Shown in pieces: positions 1-6,422 of a stretch of 38,273 nucleotides of DNA; within the stretch, counting starts at the first letter, position 1; every line of letters begins with the position of its first letter. Source of the DNA: a virus. The stretch covers positions 1 to 38,273 of the IMG/VR virus record IMGVR_UViG_3300045988_043012. One strand, 5' to 3'. The position numbers and the translations under genes are program-made. Under the pieces are notes generated by a model. It worked only from the letters and a program-made list of their open reading frames with translations, had not been told where the DNA came from and did no database searches.

Positions 1-119
1 CACCGGACGGAACTGAATAAGAAGTGCCCCCGTCGCCTCTGCAACAAGCGGCGGGGGCACTTTGCGTTTACGGCAGAGGGGGAGTCTGCCTGTCCGCATG
101 GCTACCGTAACAAAAAAGA
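1..119. repeat. Terminal direct repeat copy 1 (exact duplicate of 38155-38273)
   Basis: Bases 1-119 read identical to 38155-38273. Unit length is 38154 bp. Indicates circular closure or terminal redundancy. Confidence 0.97.
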
Positions 120-197
120 CTATAAACCCGCAAGGCCCACATTGTGACTTTGTGCAGAAACAAACAGAAAAATCTATGTGCTTTTGGGGGCTGAATC

Positions 198-632
198 GTG
201 ACTTTACAAGAAATATGCGCGGAACGGCGGAAAAAGTTGGGCATCACTTATCAACAAATTGCCGACCAGAGTAATCTACCGTTGTCTACCGTAAAAAAAT
301 TTTTTTCAGCAAAATCAAAAACCCCAGCCATCACAACGGCTGGGCCAATCTGCAAGGTGATGGGCGTGTCCATTGACGAGTTTTGTGGGATCACCGACAA
401 ACTCACCATGTCGGAGGAGGTCCTCAGCGCTAAAAATGATACACTCCGCGCCCACAAAAAGGAGCTGGAAAAGCATCTGGTTGATAACAGCAAAACCATG
501 AAGATCATGATGGATGGCGTCCGTACCCGTAACCGGATCATTGCCGCCCTGCTGGTGCTCCTGTGTCTGGTTGCCATGTACGCGCTGTATCTGGACTTCC
601 ATTGCGTCCAGATTGGCTTCTGGCGAGGGTGA
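198..632 (+). CDS. Membrane-anchored XRE-family HTH regulator
   Basis: GTG start after a GGGGG purine run. N-terminal HTH (ITYQQIADQSNLPLSTVKKF), coiled-coil middle, C-terminal hydrophobic helix (IIAALLVLLCLVAMYALYL). Stop lies 3 nt before the integrase ATG. Confidence 0.75.
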   Translation: MTLQEICAERRKKLGITYQQIADQSNLPLSTVKKFFSAKSKTPAITTAGPICKVMGVSIDEFCGITDKLTMSEEVLSAKNDTLRAHKKELEKHLVDNSKTMKIMMDGVRTRNRIIAALLVLLCLVAMYALYLDFHCVQIGFWRG

Positions 633-635
633 CCC

Positions 636-1670
636 ATGGCACGATACCCAAAATACTACGTCCGGCCTGACGGCCTCCATGAGACCATCCTCCGGATCAA
701 CGGAAAGCGTAAGGCCTTCCGTGGAAAAACCGACAAGGAGGTCTGGGAGAAAGTCAAGGCCTTCGACCGGGAGGCGGACCGCATCGAAACGGAAAAAGCC
801 GCCGTATTTGAGAAAATCGCGGACGCATGGTGGTCGGAGATTGAACCAACCTTGGAGCACAATACCCAAAAAAGCTACCGTCCGGCGCTGGCCCGGGCCA
901 AAAAGGAATTTGCTGGAAGGACACCCGACGAGATCACCGCAAAAGAGATCGACCAGTATATCAAGGACTTCTCCGCCACCCGTGCCCGGAAGACCGTGGT
1001 GACCCAGCTCCAAATCATCCGGCAGATCTTCCGCAAGGCCGAAGTGGACGGCGTTATAAGCTACAACCCGGCCAGCGCCGTGAAGCCGCCCCGAAACCTG
1101 ACACAGACCCACCGGGACGCGCCCCCTCCGGAGCAGATTGAACTCATAAAAAAAAGCGCAGGCCTCCCCTTTGGCCTGTTCGCCTACCTCGTTTATTACA
1201 CCGGCTGCCGCCGGGGTGAGGCGCTGGCCCTCACCGGCGCCGACATTGATCGAAAGAAAAATCTTGTACACATCAAAAAATCCGTGTATCATGTAGGCAA
1301 TTCGCCCCACATTAAGCAGCCGAAGTCTGATGCCGGATGCCGGGACGTTCCGTTGCTTCCGGCACTGGCCAAGCTGCTCCCCAAAAAGCTGGGGAAAGGC
1401 TACCTGTTCGCGGAGCCGGACGGAGGCCTTCTGACGAACGATCATTTCACCGCGCTGTATGATGCGTACCGGGACGCCAGCGGCGTCACCGTCACGCCGC
1501 ACCAGATCCGCCACGGCTACGCCACCGCCCTGCTGGAAAGCGGCGTGGATCCCAAAACGGCGCAGGTGCTCCTTGGCCACGCCCAGCTGTCCACCACCAT
1601 GGACATCTACACCCACGTCCGGGACGGCCAGCTGAAGGCCGCTGCGGAAAAGATGGAGGCGGGCTTCTGA
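636..1670 (+). CDS. int: Tyrosine site-specific integrase
   Basis: 344 aa. C-terminal catalytic motifs HQIRHGYAT and LLGHAQLSTTMDIYTHV. Adjacent to a tRNA 3' fragment. Confidence 0.93.
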   Translation: MARYPKYYVRPDGLHETILRINGKRKAFRGKTDKEVWEKVKAFDREADRIETEKAAVFEKIADAWWSEIEPTLEHNTQKSYRPALARAKKEFAGRTPDEITAKEIDQYIKDFSATRARKTVVTQLQIIRQIFRKAEVDGVISYNPASAVKPPRNLTQTHRDAPPPEQIELIKKSAGLPFGLFAYLVYYTGCRRGEALALTGADIDRKKNLVHIKKSVYHVGNSPHIKQPKSDAGCRDVPLLPALAKLLPKKLGKGYLFAEPDGGLLTNDHFTALYDAYRDASGVTVTPHQIRHGYATALLESGVDPKTAQVLLGHAQLSTTMDIYTHVRDGQLKAAAEKMEAGF

Positions 1671-1706
1671 ACACATATTTTCCGGCTGAACACACTTCTG
1701 AACACA
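1668..1706 (+). promoter_or_regulatory. Three direct TGAACACA repeats (candidate integrase arm-type sites, left of core)
   Basis: TGAACACA at 1668-1675, 1687-1694 and 1699-1706, all in the same orientation. Confidence 0.5.
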
Positions 1707-1742
1707 GAAACCCGCAGATCGTTGAAAACAGCCAGAAAGAAT

Positions 1743-1769
1743 AGGGTTCAAATCCCTCCTTCCGCGCCA
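1743..1769 (+). other. tRNA 3'-end fragment, probable attP core
   Basis: GGGTTCAAATCCCTCCTTCCGCGCCA contains a T-loop (TTCAAAT), the T-stem 3' half, a 7-nt acceptor 3' strand, discriminator G and CCA. No matching tRNA 5' half lies upstream, so this is a fragment rather than a gene. Confidence 0.7.
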
Positions 1770-1773
1770 AATG

Positions 1774-1820
1774 AAAAACCGTTGGAATTGCTTGCAATGC
1801 TTGCAATTTCAACGGTTTTT
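1774..1820. terminator. Bidirectional rho-independent terminator
   Basis: Stem AAAAACCGTTG / CAACGGTTTTT encloses a GCTTGCAAT tandem. A-run on the left and T-run on the right. Sits between the int/attP region and the convergent minus-strand operon. Confidence 0.7.
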
Positions 1821-1874
1821 CGCTGTTTTTAACTATCCATTAGAACCGGATAGAAACGGTTATAAGGGGATGCG

Positions 1875-1894
1875 TGAACACAGCTCCGAACACA
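1875..1894 (+). promoter_or_regulatory. Two further (T/C)GAACACA repeats (candidate arm-type sites, right of core)
   Basis: TGAACACA at 1875-1882 and CGAACACA at 1887-1894, same orientation as the left set. Confidence 0.45.
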
Positions 1895-1901
1895 GTCGGC
1901 C

Positions 1902-2393
1902 CTACTCCTTCACCTTGACGATGCCGTGGTAGTAGGCCGCCAACTTTTCCTTGGGGCCGGGGCCGTCCTTGTCAAACAAAAACGCCTGGGCCAGCTCCGC
2001 GAAGAACTCCGCCGTGCTGACACCGTAGTGGAGGGCCACGCTGCCGTAGTCTGAGAACATCATGTTCATGGTGATCCACCAGCACCACGGGGAGATCTTC
2101 TCCCAAGACAGGCCCATGCTCTCCGCCAGGGCAGTAGTCTGCTCCATGGGCCAGTGCGGGCCGGTGGTGCCGTCCTCGTTGACCATGTGAGCCGCCCACG
2201 CCTCCGCGTCGGCCTTGGTCAGCTCCCGTCCCGTGCAGATCGCCCCCTCTGCGCCCTTGAGCATGTTGAGGCATTCCACCATCGCCATGATCCCTTGCGC
2301 CGCGTTAGGGGTGGCAGGGTTCCGCATATACTCCCGGATGCTGTATTCCAGCTTGGGAATATACGTCTTGATTTGCTCATGCAGATTTTCCAT
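1902..2393 (-). CDS. Hypothetical protein (163 aa), last gene of the unknown operon
   Basis: Full-length ORF with ATG start, translationally overlapped by the upstream small ORF. Trp-rich motif WCWWITMNMMFSDYG. No family recognised. Confidence 0.75.
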   Translation of the reverse strand: MENLHEQIKTYIPKLEYSIREYMRNPATPNAAQGIMAMVECLNMLKGAEGAICTGRELTKADAEAWAAHMVNEDGTTGPHWPMEQTTALAESMGLSWEKISPWCWWITMNMMFSDYGSVALHYGVSTAEFFAELAQAFLFDKDGPGPKEKLAAYYHGIVKVKE

Positions 2394-2538
2394 GGTTGTC
2401 CTCCTCTCCGGCCGTCGAGGCCTTCATGGCCTCCTTGACCTTATCAATGGCAGCGTTGCCGATCTGGTTGCCGATGCTGCGGCCGGTGGGGGTGGCAGCC
2501 ATGACGCCCAGCAGCATCCCGATTAACATCTGCACCAT
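2377..2538 (-). CDS. Small membrane protein (53 aa)
   Basis: Not in the ORF track because it is under 60 aa. ATG at 2538 follows GGAGG with 6-nt spacing. Product MVQMLIGMLLGVMAATPTGRSIGNQ... has one hydrophobic helix. It overlaps the next start. Confidence 0.55.
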   Translation of the reverse strand: MVQMLIGMLLGVMAATPTGRSIGNQIGNAAIDKVKEAMKASTAGEEDNHGKSA

Positions 2539-2550
2539 GCCGCGCCTCCG

Positions 2551-2952
2551 TCAGATCCGCTGGACCCGCAGGGCCACGTTGTCAACGGTGGCCTCCACGC
2601 CGGACAGCACCAGAGTCAAAGCCGCACCAGCAGCGCAGCAGGGCTGACGCACCAGCGCCGTGAGATCGAGGTTGACCGTTCCGCTGGCCGCGCCGGTCGC
2701 GGTGGCGGTGGCGCCGGGGACGGCCACGCCGTCCTTGTAGAGGGTTACGGTGACAGCTCCGGCCGCCGTGAGGGTGGCGGTGATGGAGGCGTCCACGTCA
2801 TAGTAGCCGACGCCGGAGAGGTTAACCGCATTGCCGTTGAGGGCAATGTCGCAGCCGTACCGCCGAATCAGGCCGCCCAGAGGGATGACGCCGCCAACAG
2901 CCACCGCCGTGGGAGTCTGCATGGCCGCATACAAAGCAGATTTACAACTCAT
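2551..2952 (-). CDS. Hypothetical protein, possible BclA-C/C1q-TNF-like beta-sandwich
   Basis: 133 aa, rich in A/G/T/V with an alternating strand pattern (GYYDVDASITATLTAAGAVTVTLYKDGVAVPGATATA). The fold assignment is from memory only. Confidence 0.6.
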   Translation of the reverse strand: MSCKSALYAAMQTPTAVAVGGVIPLGGLIRRYGCDIALNGNAVNLSGVGYYDVDASITATLTAAGAVTVTLYKDGVAVPGATATATGAASGTVNLDLTALVRQPCCAAGAALTLVLSGVEATVDNVALRVQRI

Positions 2953-3048
2953 AGATCATTCTCCTTTCAAATTTAAAAGGCGGGGCACCGGCCCCGCCCA
3001 TTACCCGGCCAAAGGGGCCTAAACTGTTTCCGATGTGGAAAAAGTTGC

Positions 3049-3588
3049 TCAGATGTTGCCGCTGCCGTTGCAGCCGCAGGATGCGGGGATGATCTGGCCG
3101 CCGCAGGTGGACGCCACGCCGTACAGATTCGGCTTCGTCAGCATCCGGCCCTCGATGGCATCCAGCCGGCGGTTAAAGCCACAGCAGCAGTCGGAGATCT
3201 TCGCCGCCAGAGCGTCGGTCTGCTCCTTGGTGAAGATGCCGTTCTTGAGGCTCTGGTTCTCCATCTTGAGATCATAGATGGTCTCCTGGAGACGCTGCTC
3301 ATAGATCCGGCTGGCCTGAGAGGTGATGGCATCCGTGCTGGCGTTGATGGCCATACGGGTGGCATTGCTCTGCTGCTCGATAAGGTACTGGGTCCGGGCG
3401 GTGTCGGCGATCTCCTGCCGCTCGACCTCGCAGTTGCTCACCCGGTTGCAGCCCTCCTGCGGGGGATAGGGATTGTTGCCGCGATTCCAGCCCCAGCCGC
3501 CGCCGAAATTCCCGCCGAAAATGGCAAAAATTACGATAATGACAAAGAGGACTGCAATCCAGCTCATACCAGTGCTACGATCTTCCAT
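3049..3588 (-). CDS. Membrane-anchored coiled-coil protein with Cys-rich C-terminus
   Basis: 179 aa. N-terminal TM helix (WIAVLFVIIVIFAIFGG), Gly/Trp-rich stretch, coiled-coil core, and C-terminal CCCG and CGCNGSG motifs. Confidence 0.7.
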   Translation of the reverse strand: MEDRSTGMSWIAVLFVIIVIFAIFGGNFGGGWGWNRGNNPYPPQEGCNRVSNCEVERQEIADTARTQYLIEQQSNATRMAINASTDAITSQASRIYEQRLQETIYDLKMENQSLKNGIFTKEQTDALAAKISDCCCGFNRRLDAIEGRMLTKPNLYGVASTCGGQIIPASCGCNGSGNI

Positions 3589-3624
3589 GTGTTCGTGCTC
3601 CTTTCGTGTTTTTATTCCAACCAG

Positions 3625-3969
3625 CTATTTCAGCCGGGGGAATTTGGTGGAACCGCCCGTTTTCCCCTTCTGAGGGGTCTGGGAGCCGTTCTGTTCGCCG
3701 CCAAGGATCTTGTTGGCATCGGAACGCAAGGCCTCCGGTGTGGTCCCCAGAAGGCCGCACAGGGCCTTTGCCTGCATGGTCTTCCCGTAGCGGGCATACA
3801 GGCTGTTTGCGATATTGGGGTCAATGCCCAGCCGCCTGGCTGTGCTCTGTACACCCTCCAGCGTATCAGCCGTCCCGCTGATCGCCTGCTCCGCCTTCTG
3901 CACCGCGTTTTGCAGGTCGGCGCTGGGGAACATCTTCGACGCGGCCGCTATGATCTGTTTGAGATCCAT
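3625..3969 (-). CDS. Hypothetical protein (114 aa)
   Basis: ATG preceded by AAGGAG..GAAGGAGA. Helical, Lys/Gly-rich tail. Confidence 0.65.
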   Translation of the reverse strand: MDLKQIIAAASKMFPSADLQNAVQKAEQAISGTADTLEGVQSTARRLGIDPNIANSLYARYGKTMQAKALCGLLGTTPEALRSDANKILGGEQNGSQTPQKGKTGGSTKFPRLK

Positions 3970-4273
3970 TCTCCTTCAGCTCCTTTACCTGGGCCGACAG
4001 GCCCTTGATGATCTCGGCCATATCGCTCATGGCCGACTGCATCTCACCCATCAGCTCCTCCTGCGTCTTGGGCGGGGTGATGATGCCTAACTCCACCAGC
4101 TTGTCGTAATACTGCTGGGTGGTGCCCTCCAGCTCCGTGTAGGCCGCCGAGGTCTTGCCGATAAGCTGCTGACGGTTGCCGAAATAGTCCACCTGCCAGA
4201 TGTCCGCGCCGTCGATGGCGCACATCAGACAGCTGGAGCCCGTGTATCCTGCGATTGCAAATTGCTGATCCAT
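3866..4273 (-). CDS. Hypothetical protein (135 aa), first gene of the operon
   Basis: ATG at 4273 after GGAGGTG. The last ~35 codons overlap the next gene and look like out-of-frame GC-rich filler, so the true C-terminus is uncertain. Confidence 0.6.
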   Translation of the reverse strand: MDQQFAIAGYTGSSCLMCAIDGADIWQVDYFGNRQQLIGKTSAAYTELEGTTQQYYDKLVELGIITPPKTQEELMGEMQSAMSDMAEIIKGLSAQVKELKENGSQTDHSGRVEDVPQRRPAKRGAEGGAGDQRDG

Positions 4274-4321
4274 AGCGCACCTCCTTTTCCTATCCCAATG
4301 ATACAAAAAATACGGACAGCC

Positions 4322-4362
4322 AAACTGCCCGGAAACTGCCTGTATTCTGCCCTTAAACTGCC
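4322..4362 (-). promoter_or_regulatory. Four 11-bp-phased WWWCTGCC repeats upstream of the minus-strand operon
   Basis: AAACTGCC at 4322, AAACTGCC at 4333, ATTCTGCC at 4344 and AAACTGCC at 4355, an exact 11-bp period. A minus-strand -10-like TATCAT (4298-4303) lies downstream with no good -35. Confidence 0.6.
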
Positions 4363-4384
4363 CAAAAAATATTTTGAGAAATTC

Positions 4385-4424
4385 GGTTTAACCTATTGAC
4401 AATAGGTTAAACCTATGGTATATT
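4385..4424 (+). promoter_or_regulatory. SigA-type promoter overlapped by a 29-bp perfect palindrome (operator)
   Basis: TTGACA at 4396-4401, 17-nt spacer, TATATT at 4419-4424. The palindrome GGTTTAACCTATTG-A-CAATAGGTTAAACC spans 4385-4413 and is centred on the -35. Confidence 0.75.
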
Positions 4425-4456
4425 ATAGGTACAGTAAAGGAAAGGGGTACGCGAAA

Positions 4457-4687
4457 ATGTGGAAGGAAGGCAGCATCAAGGTCAACGGCGAGAGTTTTCA
4501 CTACTGGATGAAGCAATACGATGAAGGTTCTAAATGGGGAATTAATGGAGGTCGCATTTCCAAACTGATGCTCAAGCGAAACGGCGAAATTGTTTGCAAC
4601 TATGACAGAGGTTGGGACATAGAACCCGCCGACGAAAACACCCGTATTGCCACGGAGCATCTGATCCGCAGCGACAAAGGAGAATAA
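4457..4687 (+). CDS. Hypothetical small protein (76 aa)
   Basis: ATG at 4457 lies downstream of the predicted transcription start. The track start at 4415 lies inside the promoter. Product begins MWKEGSIKVNGESFHYWMKQYDEGSKWGINGGRISKL. Confidence 0.65.
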   Translation: MWKEGSIKVNGESFHYWMKQYDEGSKWGINGGRISKLMLKRNGEIVCNYDRGWDIEPADENTRIATEHLIRSDKGE

Positions 4688-4689
4688 AA

Positions 4690-4935
4690 ATGAAAACGAT
4701 CTATATCAAAGAAATCGGATTCGACGAGTTCTATAAGGTTAGCTATTCCATCCGGAAATCAAACAAGGGCTACCGCATCGCCCACCCGGAGGAAGTCACC
4801 GAAATTTCACGAAGTGACTACTACAAGGCCCCCGCCTCCGCGCGGACGTCTTACCGGTGTTTCCAGCGTGACCGCGATGTTTCTGAAATCGGGACTGCCT
4901 ACTTTCTTGACCTGCTGGAAGCGCAGGAGGGCTAA
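4690..4935 (+). CDS. Hypothetical small protein (81 aa)
   Basis: ATG at 4690 lies 2 nt after the previous stop, with a GGAGA purine run upstream. Product begins MKTIYIKEIGFDEFYK. Confidence 0.6.
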   Translation: MKTIYIKEIGFDEFYKVSYSIRKSNKGYRIAHPEEVTEISRSDYYKAPASARTSYRCFQRDRDVSEIGTAYFLDLLEAQEG

Positions 4936-4938
4936 GCA

Positions 4939-5115
4939 ATGCCGGATAGCGAAGCGAAACGCCAGTGGATGGCACAAAACACCACCTTTATCGGGCTGAA
5001 GCTGAACAACAACACCGATACCGATATCCTCGCCGCGCTGGAAGGCAAAGCCCGCCAGACGGAGATCAAGCGGCTAATACGCTTGGGATTGGAAAAGGAA
5101 GGACGAAGATCATGA
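4939..5115 (+). CDS. Ribbon-helix-helix-like small protein (58 aa)
   Basis: Not in the track. AGGAGGG precedes the ATG at 4939. Product MPDSEAKRQWMAQNTTFIGLKLNNNTDTDILAALEGKARQTEIKRLIRLGL has a strand-helix-helix pattern. ATGA overlap with the next gene. Confidence 0.55.
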   Translation: MPDSEAKRQWMAQNTTFIGLKLNNNTDTDILAALEGKARQTEIKRLIRLGLEKEGRRS

Positions 5116-5423
5116 GCAGAGTGAAAATGGTTTTGAAGTGTGAGCACTGTGGAAAAGAGTTTGAGCACATCCACACTTGCCGCAATTCCACCGAGGCGGG
5201 ATCTTATGAGGTCTGGGCGCGGGAAAACATCACCACCTGCCCGGACTGCTACGCGGCGCAGAAGCGTGCGCACCAGCTGGACGCCGTTTCCGGTTACATT
5301 TCCAACTTCAGCGAACAGCACCCCCTCCCTAAGATCACCGGCGTTTCTGAAAAGCAGATCGCCTACGCTTCCAGCCTGCGGGAAAAATTCATCCGCGACA
5401 ATTTGATGAAGCTGATAGCTTGA
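5112..5423 (+). CDS. Zinc-ribbon protein (103 aa), possibly the 5' part of a frameshifted gene
   Basis: CEHCG...CPDC motifs. ATGA-coupled start. The reading frame appears to continue in the +1 frame after 5423. Confidence 0.6.
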   Translation: MSRVKMVLKCEHCGKEFEHIHTCRNSTEAGSYEVWARENITTCPDCYAAQKRAHQLDAVSGYISNFSEQHPLPKITGVSEKQIAYASSLREKFIRDNLMKLIA

Positions 5424-5493
5424 TGTAAACCGTTTCTTTGAAATTGCGGACAGGATTAAGCCGGAAAACTGCGATGAATCTGGGAGGGAACTC

Positions 5494-5664
5494 ATGCGCA
5501 AGGCCGCAGCCGATGCCGGGAAGCCCTTTGAAATCTGGTTTACGGCTTACCGTGCGGATCGTCTTTGGCGTTATTTCAGCCTGATCTATGCCGCCGACGT
5601 GGCGAAAATCGAAACCATTTTCACGGAATCCAGCGCATCCAAGATTATCGACGCATTGAAATAA
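5494..5664 (+). CDS. Hypothetical 56-aa ORF, possibly the 3' part of a frameshifted gene
   Basis: GGGAGGG precedes the ATG at 5494. The same frame is open from 5431 (LDVNRFFEIADRIKPEN...). Confidence 0.45.
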   Translation: MRKAAADAGKPFEIWFTAYRADRLWRYFSLIYAADVAKIETIFTESSASKIIDALK

Positions 5665-5683
5665 AAAACAGGAGGAAAAGCAC

Positions 5684-5989
5684 ATGATCGCACATCTTTA
5701 CAAGATCCCTTCCACCTTCCGGAATGTTCCCGACGCGGTAAAGATCCGGGAGAAACCGTACGAGAATTTCCCCGGCACATGGCTTCACGCTAACTTACAT
5801 CTGCCTGATGGCCTCCGCGTTGCGGATTCCGAGTATGGCGAGGGCGCTTTCATCACGGAAGCTGGCGAGGTGATCTTTGAGGCGTACGCGGACCCCGAAC
5901 AGATCAGCGGAAACGATCTGCAAGGCCGCGTTACCGTGCGGGACTCCGCCGGGAAATACCTAATTGATACCGTTGTCATCTGGAATTAA
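5684..5989 (+). CDS. Hypothetical protein (101 aa)
   Basis: AGGAGG RBS. ORF ends just before a strong terminator. Confidence 0.7.
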   Translation: MIAHLYKIPSTFRNVPDAVKIREKPYENFPGTWLHANLHLPDGLRVADSEYGEGAFITEAGEVIFEAYADPEQISGNDLQGRVTVRDSAGKYLIDTVVIWN

Positions 5990-6006
5990 GCCTGCAAACC
6001 TAAACG

Positions 6007-6038
6007 AAAAGCCGTGTCCGATTCGGACACGGCTTTTT
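6007..6038 (+). terminator. Rho-independent terminator built on palindrome copy 1
   Basis: AAAAGCCGTGTCCGATTCGGACACGGCTTTTT, a perfect stem followed by a T-run. Confidence 0.85.
6016..6028. repeat. GTCCGAWTCGGAC palindrome copy 1
   Basis: GTGTCCGATTCGGACAC, inside the terminator. Confidence 0.95.
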
Positions 6039-6069
6039 GAAAATATTTTGCTTTTTTTGCTTTTCTCTC

Positions 6070-6098
6070 TTGACACACCACCAAATTGGTGGTATTAT
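6070..6098 (+). promoter_or_regulatory. SigA-type promoter with a 17-bp palindrome in the spacer
   Basis: TTGACA at 6070-6075, 17-nt spacer, TGgTATTAT with -10 at 6093-6098. The spacer contains ACCACCAA-A-TTGGTGGT. Confidence 0.7.
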
Positions 6099-6136
6099 AA
6101 TAACAACAAGAGGGCACAGCCCAGGAGGAAAATAAA

Positions 6137-6409
6137 ATGAAAATTACTGATGGAAAGAAAACCGTAGAGATCAAGATCCAGCGCTGGAATGGTTCCGGAT
6201 ACGATCCGGACTGGAGCCGCGATTATTTTACCGCCGGTTCCCTGCCCTATGATGAGGAAACTGATACTTATACCGTTGAGGATGTTGATTATTGCATCGA
6301 AATGGCCAACAACAGCACCTGCGAAGATGGCGCTTGCATCAAATATAACGAGGACGGAGTCCTTGTCCCTGACGAAGATATGGTCGTCTTTGTTGATGAA
6401 CTGAATTAA
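6137..6409 (+). CDS. Highly acidic small protein (90 aa)
   Basis: AGGAGG RBS. By my count about 22 D/E versus 7 K/R. Contains DEETDTYTVEDVDYCIEM and VPDEDMVVFVDELN. Confidence 0.75.
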   Translation: MKITDGKKTVEIKIQRWNGSGYDPDWSRDYFTAGSLPYDEETDTYTVEDVDYCIEMANNSTCEDGACIKYNEDGVLVPDEDMVVFVDELN

Positions 6410-6422
6410 GGAGGGATATACC

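Noticed and set aside
1-119. The terminal repeats as attL/attR prophage boundaries.
   Set aside because: The repeat lies between two ordinary genes, far from int. The tRNA-derived core next to int is the credible att site.
62-274. 70-aa plus-strand ORF spanning the terminator and the 198-632 start.
   Set aside because: It runs through a terminator hairpin, overlaps the HTH gene out of frame, and has no RBS.
1743-1769. A complete tRNA gene.
   Set aside because: Only the T-loop and acceptor 3' strand are present. The upstream sequence cannot form the acceptor 5' strand, D-arm or anticodon arm.
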